The notes beneath the pieces were generated by a model. The model did not search any database. It was not told where the DNA came from and saw nothing but the letters and a program-made list of their open reading frames with translations. Below, piece by piece: positions 11,992-25,458 of a DNA stretch of 64,000 nucleotides. The first letter of the stretch is position 1. Every line of letters starts with the position of its first letter. The stretch is from Hormiphora californensis (Eukaryota > Animalia > Ctenophora): NCBI GenBank assembly GCA_020137815.1, contig CM035361.1:3286001-3350000 (forward strand), read 5' to 3'. The translations under genes were made by a program, and so were the position numbers.

Positions 11992-12829
11992 AGGAATTCT
12001 TTAAATAAAGATTGTTCAAGAAGCCGGATTTCTGAAAGATCTCGAGGATGAGCTGCTTCGTGATTTGAAGAGAGGGTGGGGCCCAGACAGAGAAATGTCA
12101 GAGACTGAATGGAAATGTTGGCCAAATGTTGGTGAAGATTTGAGAACATTATTTGAAAACGTTATTATTAATTCTGCTGTGCAGTAAAAGAGTCTTTGTA
12201 CAAAATATTATTTGAGTTAACTTAAGTTGTACAAAAGATTATAAAGTGTAAAGTGTGTGATATTATTTTTCTATGCTCTGTCCCACGGTTCCCCGGATAT
12301 GTTAAATAACATGTTAATAATATGTCACGTTCTTTTTAACGTTTCGTTAGGAAAGTATTCGTTTAATTCGTCAACTATTGAAAAGGGAGAAAGAATGTCA
12401 GGGGTATTTCTTTCCGGCGGGAGATTTGGAAATGGCACATTTGTCTGTCACATTATCTCGTGATTAGTCTGCGGGGGCGGCCGCCGAACGTTTCCTGTGA
12501 TGGGTGCGCGCCGCAAAACGCGCTCCAAAATGCACCCGTGGGAATATTTGATTGGGATCATTGTGGGAAAATTTGACACATGTTCATTTGCCGCAAACGT
12601 TCCAACGTCGTCTAAACGGGTTTTGCGTCTGGACGGCGTCTAGGCGGAGTCAGACGGGATTGAGACGTGCCCTTACTCAACAAGTCACTGCAGTAGGTAT
12701 TGACTAAAGAGGTGTGGTTCAGGTTTGTCTTTATTCCCACGGTTGTATGGTTGCTTTGAGTCGCTATGTGAGTGCAGTGTTTCCGGCTTTTCTCACCACC
12801 ACCCAGTACACCTAATGTTTTCTCTCTAG

Positions 12830-15800
12830 GTTCCTTTACCTTTTTCCGGTTCCCATTTGCTGCGTTCTCTCCCAGCAATTTACCCCAATAAATTATGAAA
12901 CCAAAAGAACGGCAATATATTTACAGCACACCACATATATGTGTGAGTGCTTGTGAGTTTTTGACGTTGGTTGACTATAATACCAGCCAGGAAGTGCAAT
13001 TTGCACTGTACTGTACTTCTTCGACACAACAGGGGTGTCCCAAAATAGGGCCCAGCTTTTTTGTCCCACGCCAAGCTGTTAGCCTATTTTAGATTTTCAC
13101 AGATGCATTGGCCATTGTGTATTGGATAGAAGCAGTACGATTCTGTGTGGTTACAGCAGCTGTAATGCTGTTGGTGATAGTGTTGATGATGTTCATTTCT
13201 CAGTTTGATATCAACCACTGCTGTGAGTTGTTGAGTAGCATATGAGGGGGCTAGGTTTTATGAGGGGTCAGGGGGAGAGGGGGCTGGCCCTCTGCAGCAG
13301 TAGCAATGTGTTGTTTCCGGGTTTAAAGTCCGTGCACTCTAGCACTCTATGTGTGACATCACACGATAGGGGGAGACAATGCCATTTTGAAATAGAGAGA
13401 GTAAGCGTGGGAAAGTAGCCCTCATTTCTCGCCCTGCATGAGCTTTTGCTGTTTTAGAAGAAGCCTGTTTTTACCGACATGTGACGGGTATGTATAATGA
13501 AAGTAGAAAATGAATTCGCCAGGGGGAGAGAGAGTGAGACTCTCTCAGTTGTCAGTTGTCGAAATGAATCAGTAAGCATTTTAGCGAGGCCCCTCCCTTT
13601 TATCAAACGATTGCCTAACAACGTTCCTCTCTCTCTCTCAATGAGAGTTACAAATCTTGGATTTGAGTTCATTGTTACTAACAATGAACTCAAATCCAAG
13701 ATTTGTAACTCTCTTAGGCTCATCGGAATGGCAGCTGGTAGACCCACCCCCCTCCACCTGCTTACATGATTCGACCAGCTGAGAGTCAGCCTACAGTTCT
13801 GACGTTACGGAACTATTTAAATTTTGTGCAGGTAATTGGTGTTAATTTAGAAAAGTATTAACCCTTTGAGGCCCATAGGATATGCATATGTCCCAAAAGT
13901 TTGAGGCTCAGTCCATGATACTTATGATGAGTTACTTATTTACTTATTTAACAGTTTCCATCCTATTTCCAGGTATTATCGCGTCCCAACTCAGCCCCCA
14001 ACTCCAGAACTGGACCTCTTCCCCCTCCTTCGACCCGACACTATCACCACTCCACATCCGGGATAATGTCAAATGAGCCTTATACCCTATTAGCTAACTC
14101 ACCCCTCCACCAGTCAAATAGTTACCATGGTATGTTGTTGTAGTTACCGACCCTCCTGTACATTTCTCGTCGCGGGTCTCAGAGAGAGATGGTCGAACAA
14201 GTTTACTAAAATCAACGTATTCCCTGCTTTACTAACTAGTTCCCCACTCTATTTCAGGTCGCCAGCCCTCTCCAATCCCCACCACTTCTTCAGCAGGACC
14301 CTCTGGAATCCAACACCAGGCTCCATCCCACGGCTCAATTAGATCACTTGGTCCGCCCTGTAGTTATAACAATCGACCTCGTGGGGTGGCCAGCTATGAG
14401 CTATCAAGTTAGTATTCTTATTTCGGTGTTTGACTTTGAATGAAATGCACTGTTTCGATATTCTGTTGATCCCCTGAGTTACACCCCCAGTGAAGTTAGC
14501 TAATTCCCCCTTCTCCACCCCTGCAGGTCACGGGTTTGTTAGTGCAGCAGGATCTATTGGGTTCTCCTCTGGATCGCTAGTCGGCAGCAACTGTTCTGCT
14601 ACCCCTCTACTTGTCATAGATACGGTATGTTGTACTTCAATTCTGTACCAATTCCAATGTTGTGCTTCTAGCCAGAGAATTCTAGCCAGAGAGGAAAAGC
14701 GCCTCTTTGTACGATTCTCAAGATAAACCATAGTATTCTAACACCCCCTTCCCCTTCCCTGATCCCTCTCCATATTTCCTAACCCCTCCCGTCCCCAGGA
14801 TGTGGTAGTACCAGAAGATACCCGGCCACCACCCTACACGGAGGGACCCGATTATGTAGCCCCTCCCCCCGCACCACGATACAGCCAAGTCGTTAATTCC
14901 TGTTATATCAGATCCAACAGTCTGTTTCACAGGAAATACTGCTTTCTCTTGTATGGGCAGTGTGCGGACTCTAGCTATAGGTAGGGGAAGATTGTGCGCT
15001 CCTAATCCTTTAAATCGTTTTTGTTTCATTTTGTCTAATTTACCCAACGTATTAAAAGTTGATACCGTACCCACTACCCAGTCTCCGTACAATATGCTTC
15101 AATATCCTCCCGTTCCCTAATTGTTGAAAATTGTTCCAGGTATCACAATGTGTTGTTGCGGAGTGGTGTTTCTGATGGTGACATATGTGTTCGGAGCAGT
15201 CAGTAACACTTATCTAGGATATTTGGGAATTTTACAGGTATACATATCTTAGATATTATCTACTAGTAGGCCCGTTCGCCCTACGGGCGAATTTCGGGGA
15301 AATGGTAGCTGGTTTAGGGAACGCTGACATCACCTGCACCATCCGTTCCTAGCCTCTCTCTCACTTTCTCCCTACCCATGTTGTTGTACGCTCTGGGCTT
15401 CCTGACAATGTCAAGGTGCGAATTTAAGAAATCAATGTCAGGGAGGCACAGTGCTGTTCCAGAAACTCATCACGTGAACTTGGCCGCTATGTAGCCAATT
15501 CAGAGATTTCTACGGTTGGAGTAATCACCCTTGGGGCGACGTTGGGTTAAAGCTACAGTAGTCGTTGATTGGCTCGCTTGAACACGTGGCGGAATTGTTA
15601 TTTCATAGCGCCTGCTCCCTGACAGCAGCAGAATCTTCAGCGGACCCAGATGACCGTGCCGAAGATAGCGCTGGGGGTTGAAAGAAGAGAAAGAGTTAGC
15701 ATCAGGGACAAAAAGTAAAAGAATGCACGGCAGAATTGAATTTCCCTTAGTACCCAAACGCAAACTGGAGTGAGGTGGTTTCTAAAGGGGGCTTAATAAT

Positions 15801-16210
15801 TGCACGTCGAGGTTTGTAGTTGCTAGGTGATGTAGCACTGACAATTTGAATAGTAAGTAGTATGATGTAATTAGCTATTAGCTAAACTAAACAACTAGGA
15901 ACATGATAGCTAAGCTATTATAACTAACGTGGTCACATATCAACTAGCTTTTGGAAAACTCATATTACATTTCCTTTACTAGTTCTAACCTCTCCCCCTA
16001 TCATCCTCTCCACCCCTTACCCAATACCCAACAATCCCATCCCAGGTGATTGTAGGACTAACCCTGATTCTCCTCGTGACTATCTACAACTCAAACCGCT
16101 GTGACTTTGTACGGTTTGTCAAGGATCATCGACTCTGTTCCTGTATTGGAACACCTTCATCATCTCGTAGGGGATCCCGGAGACCTAATTCTGTTGTCAT
16201 GGTCACGTGA
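12830..16210 (+). CDS. Multi-exon membrane protein: N-terminal TM, Pro-rich region with PPAY and PPPY motifs, C-terminal two-TM hairpin
   Basis: Exons 12830/12876-12942, 13103-13222, 13718-13831, 13973-14129, 14258-14407, 14527-14624, 14799-14980, 15140-15237, 16046-16210 (TGA). Phases fit only if one C is removed from each of two C6 runs (~13747-13752 and ~14865-14870), probably homopolymer errors. Start codon uncertain. Confidence 0.65.
15263..15865 (-). mobile_element. Candidate non-autonomous Helitron in an intron
   Basis: On the minus strand: 5' A|TCATACTACTTACTATT..., 3' hairpin GCCCGT-AGGGCGA-ACGGGC followed by CTACTAG|T. Inserted between A and T with no TSD. Confidence 0.5.
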
Positions 16211-16297
16211 CAGGGGATTCCGGAGACCTAATTCAGTTGTCATGGTCACGTGACAGGGGATCCCGGAGACCTAATTCTGTTGTCATGGTCACGTGAC
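16169..16297 (+). repeat. 3 x 43-bp tandem repeat covering the CDS end and stop codon
   Basis: AGGGGATCCCGGAGACCTAATTCTGTTGTCATGGTCACGTGAC x3. Confidence 0.9.
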
Positions 16298-17233
16298 ATG
16301 CCAGAAGGAGACAGTACAATAAAGTGTAAGATCGTTACTTTAACGAGGCGAGAGAGACAGAGTTGTATGTTATATACAGATCTATTCTCTTCTACCGAGA
16401 CTGTTTCTGCCTTGTTTCTACGTGTGTTTCCGTGGCGTGTTTACATCGCGTGAAACTTTTTGATTTTGATTTTTGAAGATTTGTTTATGGATTTTTATTT
16501 GACGTTTTGTGTATAAAGAATGCAATTGGTGTTGTGTATGTACTACTTATATCGCATGTATTTGTTGACACATTGAAATATAATATTTGATAAATGTACA
16601 TATTGTGGAATTATAATTTAGGCTAATTAGTGTTAATGAGACATGTATATTAGTTATCAATTCATGACGTCACGTATACTAAGTGTCACAAGCGAATATA
16701 GCATATTATGTCTCTATATGAAGGTGTTATTAATACTGATAAATGCTCATAATGAGACTCATATTATGAGCATTTATTAGTATTCATCACATACTTAGGA
16801 TTAACAGTGCTGCTTGCAGTCAAAATACGGTAACGCAAAATACAGTAAGGAGACGCGCACGGTGCATAACGCGCGGCAAAAAGTTCATGTGTCAGCACGT
16901 ACTAGCGCCCTGATTGGTCACGGTTGCGCGTCGTCTTACTGTATCTTCGTTTTCCATTACCGTTTTCCCACTACAAGCGACTGTGAAAGTTGTAACATTG
17001 AGAGCTCATTTATAGTTTTAACCCTTTAAATCGCTTTTGTTTCATTTGGAAATACAACTATAATAGTTTATTGCATATATTAGGTTTTATTTTCTAACGT
17101 TTCTATTGACAGTGTAACATTGTACAGAGATTCATGTATTGTTAGTTGTACATACGGTTTTTGAGATTTTCAGGACAAAATGTTGCCCCTTTTCTTGATT
17201 ACTGTGTCATCAGACAATTATTGAGACCAAATA

Positions 17234-17332
17234 CAGTCGGACCCCAATTTACTGGGATGTTCGGGGGAAAGGGTTTTGCCCGGTAAATCGGGGTTCTGGT
17301 ACATCGGGGTCCGGTAAATCGGGGTCCGACTG
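17234..17332. mobile_element. Tc1/mariner(pogo)-type MITE (CAGTCGGACCCC TIR)
   Basis: TA|CAGTCGGACCCC...GGGGTCCGACTG|TA. Further copies at 40964-41054, ~42560-42635 (partial) and ~20300-20400 (degraded). Confidence 0.85.
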
Positions 17333-17880
17333 TACTATCGATTTCCTCAGGCAAATTAAGACCTGAACCAGCTAAAATGTAAAATTTCATCTCAATTATG
17401 CCAAGTACTAGTACTAGTTCAAATAATTACCACTGAGTAATTATAATTATCATTAATTTCATGCTCACCTACACCACTTATGTCTAATCCAGTAGATCTA
17501 AGATTTTTTAATTTTTCATTAAATTCTGAACATTCACATATTCGACTTAGAAGTAGAATTCTAGAAACATTTAAAACTTGCAACAATCCATCTGACTTCA
17601 TATCCCACCAAGGTTTTAATCTCATGATTTTAAACAACAGCTAGCTAGTTTAATAAGTGACATGCATCTGAGACCAAGTCTAACACAGTACACGCACACA
17701 GCACACATTTAATTTTAAACAATGATTTGCTGCTTCAGATAATTTGCTATTATTCGTTGATCACTTGTGTCGATTCTCGAGTATACCTAATCTTTCTAGA
17801 ATATAGCTCCATTTTGTAAAAGTGATAGCTTCAAGTTTTATAGTTGTAGCCTCACTTTTTGCTACCTAAAATTCTCCTCA

Positions 17881-18865
17881 TAGTCAGGGCATATGATGAA
17901 AAAATATGGGCATAATTGTTATCAAGCTGATTCCACTTTTAGTAGGCTCTAATAGGTCCCTAGAAACACCAAAAAAATTGGCCGCGGTTTTATCAATGAA
18001 GAAGTTGGGTTTTTGGGCCACGCCCTTTTACCTATGTTTTTATCCCTCTGGCGAAAACAAAAACGGGCTTAGGAAAGGAGTAGAGACAAATCTGAGGACA
18101 CTAAAATGTGTAGCGTCCTCGCATTAGTGGTGGTAGGTGCGGAAATTAAGTCTCTATCTCATCTGGTTAATTAGATAATTGGATAATTAGATATGCGCAT
18201 AACCGTATTTTGGCTATATGGCTATAGCCACTTAGGAATGGTTTAGAGACTTTTCACTGGTGCCATTTTGTAGGCAATAGCCAAGTTATGGGGGGTCGAC
18301 GTCGAACTTTTAAGCTCTATCTCCAACCGTTTGGCCGCTACTTGGCTTTAAAGATGCTCAAAATCGGGCTTTTTACCGTTTTTTGCTCATTTTGATAGCG
18401 GTCAAACGGTTGGAGATAGAGCTTAAAAGTTCGACGTCGACCCCCCATAACTTGGCTATTGCCTACAAAATGGCACCAGTGAAAAGTCTCTAACCCATTC
18501 CTAAGTGGCTATAGCCATTTATCCAAAATACGGTTATGCGCATATCTAATTATCCAATTATCTAATTAACCAGATGAGATAGAGACTTAATTTCCGCACC
18601 TACCCCCACTAATGCGAGGACGCTACACATTTAAGTGTCCTTAGATTTGTCTCTACTCCTTTCCTAAGCCCCGTTTTGGGTTTCGCCAGAAGGCTAAAAA
18701 CATAGGTAAAAGGGCGTGGCCCAAAAACCCAACTTTTTCATTGATAAAACCGCGGCCAATTTTTTTGGTGTTTCTAAGGACCTAATAGAGCCTACTAGAA
18801 GTGAAATTAGCTTGATAACAATTATGCCCATTTTTAATTTATTTTGGCATCATATGCCCTGACTA
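17881..18865. mobile_element. ~985-bp foldback (near-perfect palindrome) element with 3-bp TSD TCA
   Basis: TIR TAGTCAGGGCATATGATG / CATCATATGCCCTGACTA. Arms pair almost to the centre (~18375). The empty site TTCTCCTCATTGCG is visible at ~20967. Confidence 0.9.
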
Positions 18866-19399
18866 TCATTGCGCCACATGCTGCAGCTCCCTCCCAATTA
18901 ATCTAATCCCCACACTTCTTGTGCGTGTATAGAGGGTGAGATCGGGGGCGTGTGATATATATTTGTTGTGGTGAGCCCCCAAGATTAATCATGCGACGCG
19001 ATACGCCGATACACATATAATACTGCTGCATATAGCAGTCTGATGATACCAATAAGGGATGCAAACCCCCGATAATACCCCTAGATTATTTTATGGGGGT
19101 AATTAGGAGCTAAAAGTTCTTCGAGCAAAAAAAGAAAAGGTCAAACTAGTCGGTACATTTTTCGGTCCCCTTCTCGCTACATCTAGTCAGTATACCCCCG
19201 TCCTCTTTCGAAACCATTTCCTAGTCTTGTACTATTTTCGTCCCCGAAATAATGTTTTCACGTCATTTCCTCAGCCTCCCATATTCTAGTGTATCTGGTA
19301 GTTATTTGCGGTATTGCCGTCCGAACAACATGTAAATTGGCGAAGGGCACATAGGCCCTTCAGGGGGGAGAAACAACAGTTGAATAGATGTCCCTTTTT

Positions 19400-22300
19400 T
19401 CAGAAAGAAAAATGCGATAAATGCCTTTCTTATAATGTAATTTTTCTACCCAAAACTTTCCAATTTTAAATTTTTTTTTCTCTCTTATACCGTTTTTTGT
19501 TTCTGAATTCAACTAATAGCAAAGCTTAACAGCTTCTTAGTTAAGCGCCGCAACTGCTCACTTGATTTCTTTATTTTTCTTTTTTTTTCCTCTTTCATGT
19601 TATGCCTGAGGTTTTGCTTTGAAGTGTTTTTTTCTATATTGTTCCGTGTTCTTATTTGTCAGACTTTTGTCACCCCACTATTTGTGAAAATTTCCTTCTT
19701 AAACTCCCCCTTTCTTTCTTCTCGTTCCCTGGTTTCCGACTTTTTTCCCCCCCCCATGCATGTTTTTTCAAGCATCAATCTGTGTTGCAAAAAATTCCTT
19801 CTCTTCCCTGGCCCCTCCCCATAAGATGTTTTTTAAAGTTAATCGATATCCATTGCACTTTTCGGGGGAAAAAAACCCGGGGAAACTAACGGGGTGGCCA
19901 TTGGGGGGGCCACTAAAGGGGTTTTTTTTTCCAAAAAAACTGAAAAAAGGGGGGTGGGGGTCAACAAAAGCGAATATACATATTATGCTCGAGGAAGGTG
20001 TTTTAATATAAATAATCCAAATGAGACTTATTTATAGAAATTTATAGTTTTCATCACACACATTAGGATAAGTTGAACATGAAGCCATTTATATTTTTAA
20101 ACCCCTTTTAAATCGTTTTTTGTTTCATTGAATACAACGTAATATTTTATTGCATAATGGGTTTTTTTTAAAGTTTCTTTTTGACAGTGTAACAATTACG
20201 GATTAATGTTTGTTGTTGTAAAACGGTTTTTGAGATTTCGGGAAAAAATCCTCCCCCCTTTTTTTGTTTACTGTGTCATAAGACAATTAATTGAGCCAAA
20301 ACTCGGACCCCAATTTTTGGGGATGTTGGGGGGGAAAAAGGGGTTTTTGGTCGGAAATCGGGGGCCACTAACGGGGGCAACTAAATCGGGGCCCCGACTG
20401 TCTTTCCTCGGAAATTAAGACCGAAACCACCCTAAAATGAAAAATTTTCATCTCATTATCCAAGTAATAGTCTAGTTCAAATAAAATTACCCTGAAAATT
20501 ATAATTACTTAATTTCATGCTGAGCTACACCATTATTCTAACCAGTGATCTAAGTTTTTTTAATTTTATTAATTCTGAACATTCACAATTCGACTTAAAA
20601 GGTAGAATTCGAAACATTAAAAAACTTGCAAAAATCCTCTACTTCTTTTCCCCAAAGGTTGTAATTAGATTTTAAAAAAACACAGTATTTTTTAAAAGTG
20701 AAAAGAAATGCAGTGGACCAAAGTCAAAAACCATTTAACGCACACGCACCTTTAAATTTAAAAAAAATATTTGCGCTTCAGATAATTTTGCTTTTACGTT
20801 GATCCTTGATCACTTGTGTCGTTTCTCGTACACCTAATCTTTCTAGAATCAGCTCCATATGTAAAATTTTGATGCATCATTTTTTAATTTTGTCCCATTT
20901 TTTGTACCCAACGGGGGCCCGTCCCCCCCCTATGTTGCGCGCCCGTACGCGGGCAATTACCCAACATTCTCCTCATTGCGCCACATGGTCCCCCCCAAAT
21001 TTAAATTTAACCCCCCTTTTCTTGGCGGGTAAAGGGGTGAGGGGGGGGGGGGGCGTGTGATTATTTTTGTTGTGGTGACCCCCAAAGATTAACTGCCGCG
21101 ATACACATAAATACGGCAAAACAGGATGATACCAATATGTATGAAACCCTTTCGAATTTATACCATTATTATAATATGTGGGGTGTTTTTTATAGGATTA
21201 AAAATTTCCGCTGCACCCCCACCAGTCTTTACTACTCCCCGCCCTCTTCTCGCCAGTCCTAGTCTACTACTACCCGCCCTTTTTCTCGCAAGTCCTATTT
21301 CCACCAGGTTCTTCTCACCGCCCTATTTTGTACATTCTCTGCCCTTTTCCCCCAGTCCTATTTTTTTATAGTCTCGCCCGAAAAAAAATGTTTTCACTGT
21401 TTTAAATTTCTCCTCATCCCCCCAATTCTCTGCTTTTTCTGATAGTTATCTAGCGGTATCTGCACGTCCAACACAACACTGTATAATTGGCAGTAATTGC
21501 ACATCCCAGCACGCCCTCTTCAGGAGGCACTCACGACAATCGACACACGTTAGTTAATAGACTGTCTCTTTTTCAGAAAGACAATATGCAGTATAATGCC
21601 TTCTCTCTATAATGTAATTTTTCTAGCCGCATCTTCCGAATTTTGACAATTTTTTCTTTCTCTCTCTATACCAGTTTTTTTTCTGAAATTTTAACTAAAG
21701 AAAGGGGTGAATGCTCTAACAACATTTCGGGATAACGCCTTTCCCCAAGTCTTGCTCATCTTTATCTTTTTTCTTTTTTTCTTCCCTCTCTCTTACCCCT
21801 CTCTTTTTTCTCTCTCAGTTACGCCAGCAGTTGCTTGGGGCACGCCTGCCACGGTCCCCTTTAATTTTGCTTTGATCAGCACTTTGCACCCGAAACCCCC
21901 CCCCACCCCCCTCTTCTCCTTGTTCCTGTTTTTCCCCGGGGGTTCCCCCCCGGGATGTTTTTCAAACATCAATTTTTGTTGCAAATATCTCTTTTCCCGC
22001 CTCCCTTAAGTATGTTTTTAAAGTTAAAGATATCCAAAGCATTTTTCCTCATGGTCTCGAGTTGAAAAGGGGGGAAAGTATTTTTCAAGTTGAACGGATC
22101 AAAATATCCGGAAACGAACATCGTTTTATTTTTCTCTAGTTGGCCACCCTCCTTTTCTTTCTCTTCCCTCTTTCCCCTCCTTCTCCCTCTTTTTGCCTTT
22201 TCTCCCTTTTCCCTTTCCCTTCTTTTTATATGGTTTCCCCAACTATTTTTTTCTTTCTTTTTTTGGGTTTTCCCCGAGGGAAAGAGTGGGTTTTGGGAAG

Positions 22301-23025
22301 GGGGGAGGGAGGAATAGGTAAGGGAGGAATAGGGGGGAAAAAATCGGTAGAAAAAAGGGGATGAAAAAAAGGGGGGAGAGAATAGGAAACCCCCAAGGGG
22401 GGGTTTTTTTAAAAAATGGGGAAAAAATTAGGAGAAAGGGTTTTAGAAAGGGGGGCGGATAGGAAAAGATAAAAGAGAAAAGATAAAACTTGGGGGGTTT
22501 AAAAATTAAATGTGTTTTTTTGGTTTTGTTTCAGTTTTGTTCGTTAACCTTTTTACGCGTCCACTTAAAACTTAATGCGAAAGGCAAAGTTTAATGATAG
22601 AGAGGGGAGAAAGTAGAGAGGAAGAGAAAAATAGAGGGGAGAAAAATAGGAGGAAAACTCGTTAAGAATTGCAAGGCCTATTTGATTTAAAACAGTAGGC
22701 CAACATATTTTTGCTGAAAAGGGAGTTAGGCAAGGGTCAGAAGAAAAGTGAGAGGGGTGGGAGAGGGAGGAGAAGGGGAGGGGGAGGAAGGGGAAGGGGG
22801 GGGAGGGGGGTGTATGTGAAAGAGAGGTGCAAGAGTTCCGGTTAGGGCTGTATGTTTTTACGCCCCCCCGGGGGCTTTGTCAAAGAAAATAATGTGCTCA
22901 TACCCCCCCCCCCCCCAAACCCCCCCCCCAAAAAATTTTTTTTTTAAAAAAAACTCCCTTTACCCCCCCCCCCACCCCCTCTTCTCCTCTTCCCTCTCTT
23001 CTCTTTTGGGCCCCCCCCCCCTCAG

Positions 23026-23056
<31 letters not shown>

Positions 23057-23600
23057 TTTTTTAAAAGGAAAGGAGAGGAAAAAACGAAAACTTTTTTTTC
23101 CCTTTTCCCGCTTTTGGAAAAATTCTTTTCCTCCCTTGGCCTTTTCCTCAACTCCCTTTTTTTTTTTTCCCGGGGAACCCCCCCCTTCCCTCGGCAAAAT
23201 CTTCAAAAAACCCTTTTGCCCGCCCCCCGGGGTTTAAAAACGGGGTTTTTAAACGTGTTTTAAGTAAAGTCCAAGGGGGGGAAAAAGGGTCAAAAAAAGG
23301 AGGAAAGAGAAGAAGGAGAGAAAAAAAGAAAAATGAGGGGAAAGGTTTAAGGGTTGGGTTGAATCCAACCTATTTTTAAAACTGGCAAGTTTTGCTCACT
23401 CCCCCCCCCTCTCTCCTTTCCCTTCGGAAGAGGAGAGGGGGGGGAGCGGGGGCCGAGAAGGGCCGAAGAGGGGGAAAGGGCCGAGAGTTTTTTCCGTTGC
23501 CCCTTCTCTCTTCCCTTTCCCCCTTTCTGCTCCCTCACTCCCCCCCTTTCCCCTCTCCCCCACCAGGACAAGAGCAGTAGGATAAAAGATTGCAGTTTCC
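19400..23600. other. Low-quality, homopolymer-inflated sequence containing a degraded second copy of ~17015-19860 (probable assembly or haplotype artefact)
   Basis: 20095-22030 aligns by eye with 17015-17880 plus 18866-19860, with many indels. 22050-23600 is dominated by long mononucleotide runs. Confidence 0.8.
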
Positions 23601-24484
23601 CTCTATGCATTCCAAGACAGTTCTTGATTAATACGGATGTAGCACTACTCTCGACTCGTCCTGTGTACCGCTACAGCGTACCTTGAGACTCTTCGTTTTA
23701 AACCTATCTAGTTTAAGCGTATGCATTTGTATTTGCTCAAGAGTTTATATAGGATAATTAACCTGGTGAACGCAACCTGAGAACGTTAAGACAGAATTTA
23801 GCTAGTCCAACCCTCCCTGGCCTGTGAAGCCCAATCTTGTTTGACATAGTATCTTACAGAAAATCATCCCTTTCTCACGCTCCTGATCCTGCAACGACGT
23901 TTAAAACATTATCTTTTTATCGATATAATGTCTTTGTATCTTTTCTTCCTCTCGCTCGATCGTCTTGATAATATCTGATCCTTTTTTCTTTCTTTTGAGT
24001 CATGATGTAATACCTGTTGGCCTGTCTGTCCGGTATAATAGTAAAAATATAGAATGAAGCTTCAGTAGCTCATTGGTAACAGTAACTGTAGATGATCCTT
24101 GTACTACAATGATCACTCTAAATCTATCTTCTCCTGGTTCGAAATCTCTCCATCCTCTCTCTCTCCATCCTCTCTCTCCCTGATCTCTCTCTCTCTCTCT
24201 CTCTCCATCCTCTATCTCTCCCTGTCTCCTGCAGTTCTTGATAACCTCTCTCTCCCAGATCTCTTCATCTCTCATCTCTTCATCTCTCTCTCCTCTCTTT
24301 CCTGTCTTCATATAACCACCCTCCCTCCCCTCATTGCCCATGATAGCTCGCAGTGACACAGACAATGACTGTTTGACATTTGAGATATACCAGTTGATAT
24401 TTTGCTGCTCACCAGATCTCCACTATACACTATATTTAACTGCTGCTACTGATGTGACCTTGAATCGAAGCTACCATCGCTAAG

Positions 24485-25381
24485 ATGCAGTCAGGTATAC
24501 AATGGCTTTATTTGTTCCTAATTGTTCAGTGCGATACCTCATACCACTTGAACCCCTCTAATCTATGCCACCACATAATATCCAAAGGGTTACTACTCCC
24601 TACTTTACTATTATTCAAAATTAGCTTGATGGCTATATAGTGCCCTACTTTACTAGCTCAGAGAGTTAGTAATTAAATTATCAAAGCTAATTAAAGCTAA
24701 TTAAAGCTAATTAAAGCTAATTAACTAATCACTCTGCAGAGAGTTGTCACACAGAGACAGTGGATGGAACCACTACAGCTGCAGTGTTTGACAACAATTC
24801 CCTTCACACCACCACCCATACCATCGACTTGGAAGATGAGGAGGCAACAGATCAGGTACAATCCCTATAGATCACGTACTAGATCAGTGATCTAGTAGAT
24901 CACGTACTGGATCACGTACTGTACGTGACATGTCCGTCTTGGTGCCTCGACCGTGGTCTAGCTTAGTAGCATGGGTGTAAAACACGTAGAAACTTCTAGG
25001 AGAGTCACTTCCTATACTATTGCACTATCGAGCCATTCTAATCGATAACTTCTTGAACTAGTTCTGAAGAACTGTTTCGTTACTCCAACACATACATCAT
25101 GGTATATTGGTTCTATAGAGTTCTAGCTCTTTCTAACTTCCGGTTACAGCAACGGTACAAACATACCTTTATTTGAAAACCCTTCTGCATTTTATATCCT
25201 TATTTCTTAATATATAATCAATTTATCTCTCTGTTTCCGGGATTCTCGTCATGGTGTATTAGTTTGAGTGATCTCTATCAACTGCATCTCTCTCCCCGTT
25301 TCTTCCCCACCTCACAAGCCGTTATAAAATTAGAGCAATAGTGAATCGGGACGGAACTTATGAAAATGAGAAAATTATCAA

Positions 25382-25458
<77 letters not shown>

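Noticed and set aside
19597-23610. ORFs rich in F, K, P and G
   Set aside because: They derive from homopolymer-inflated low-quality sequence.
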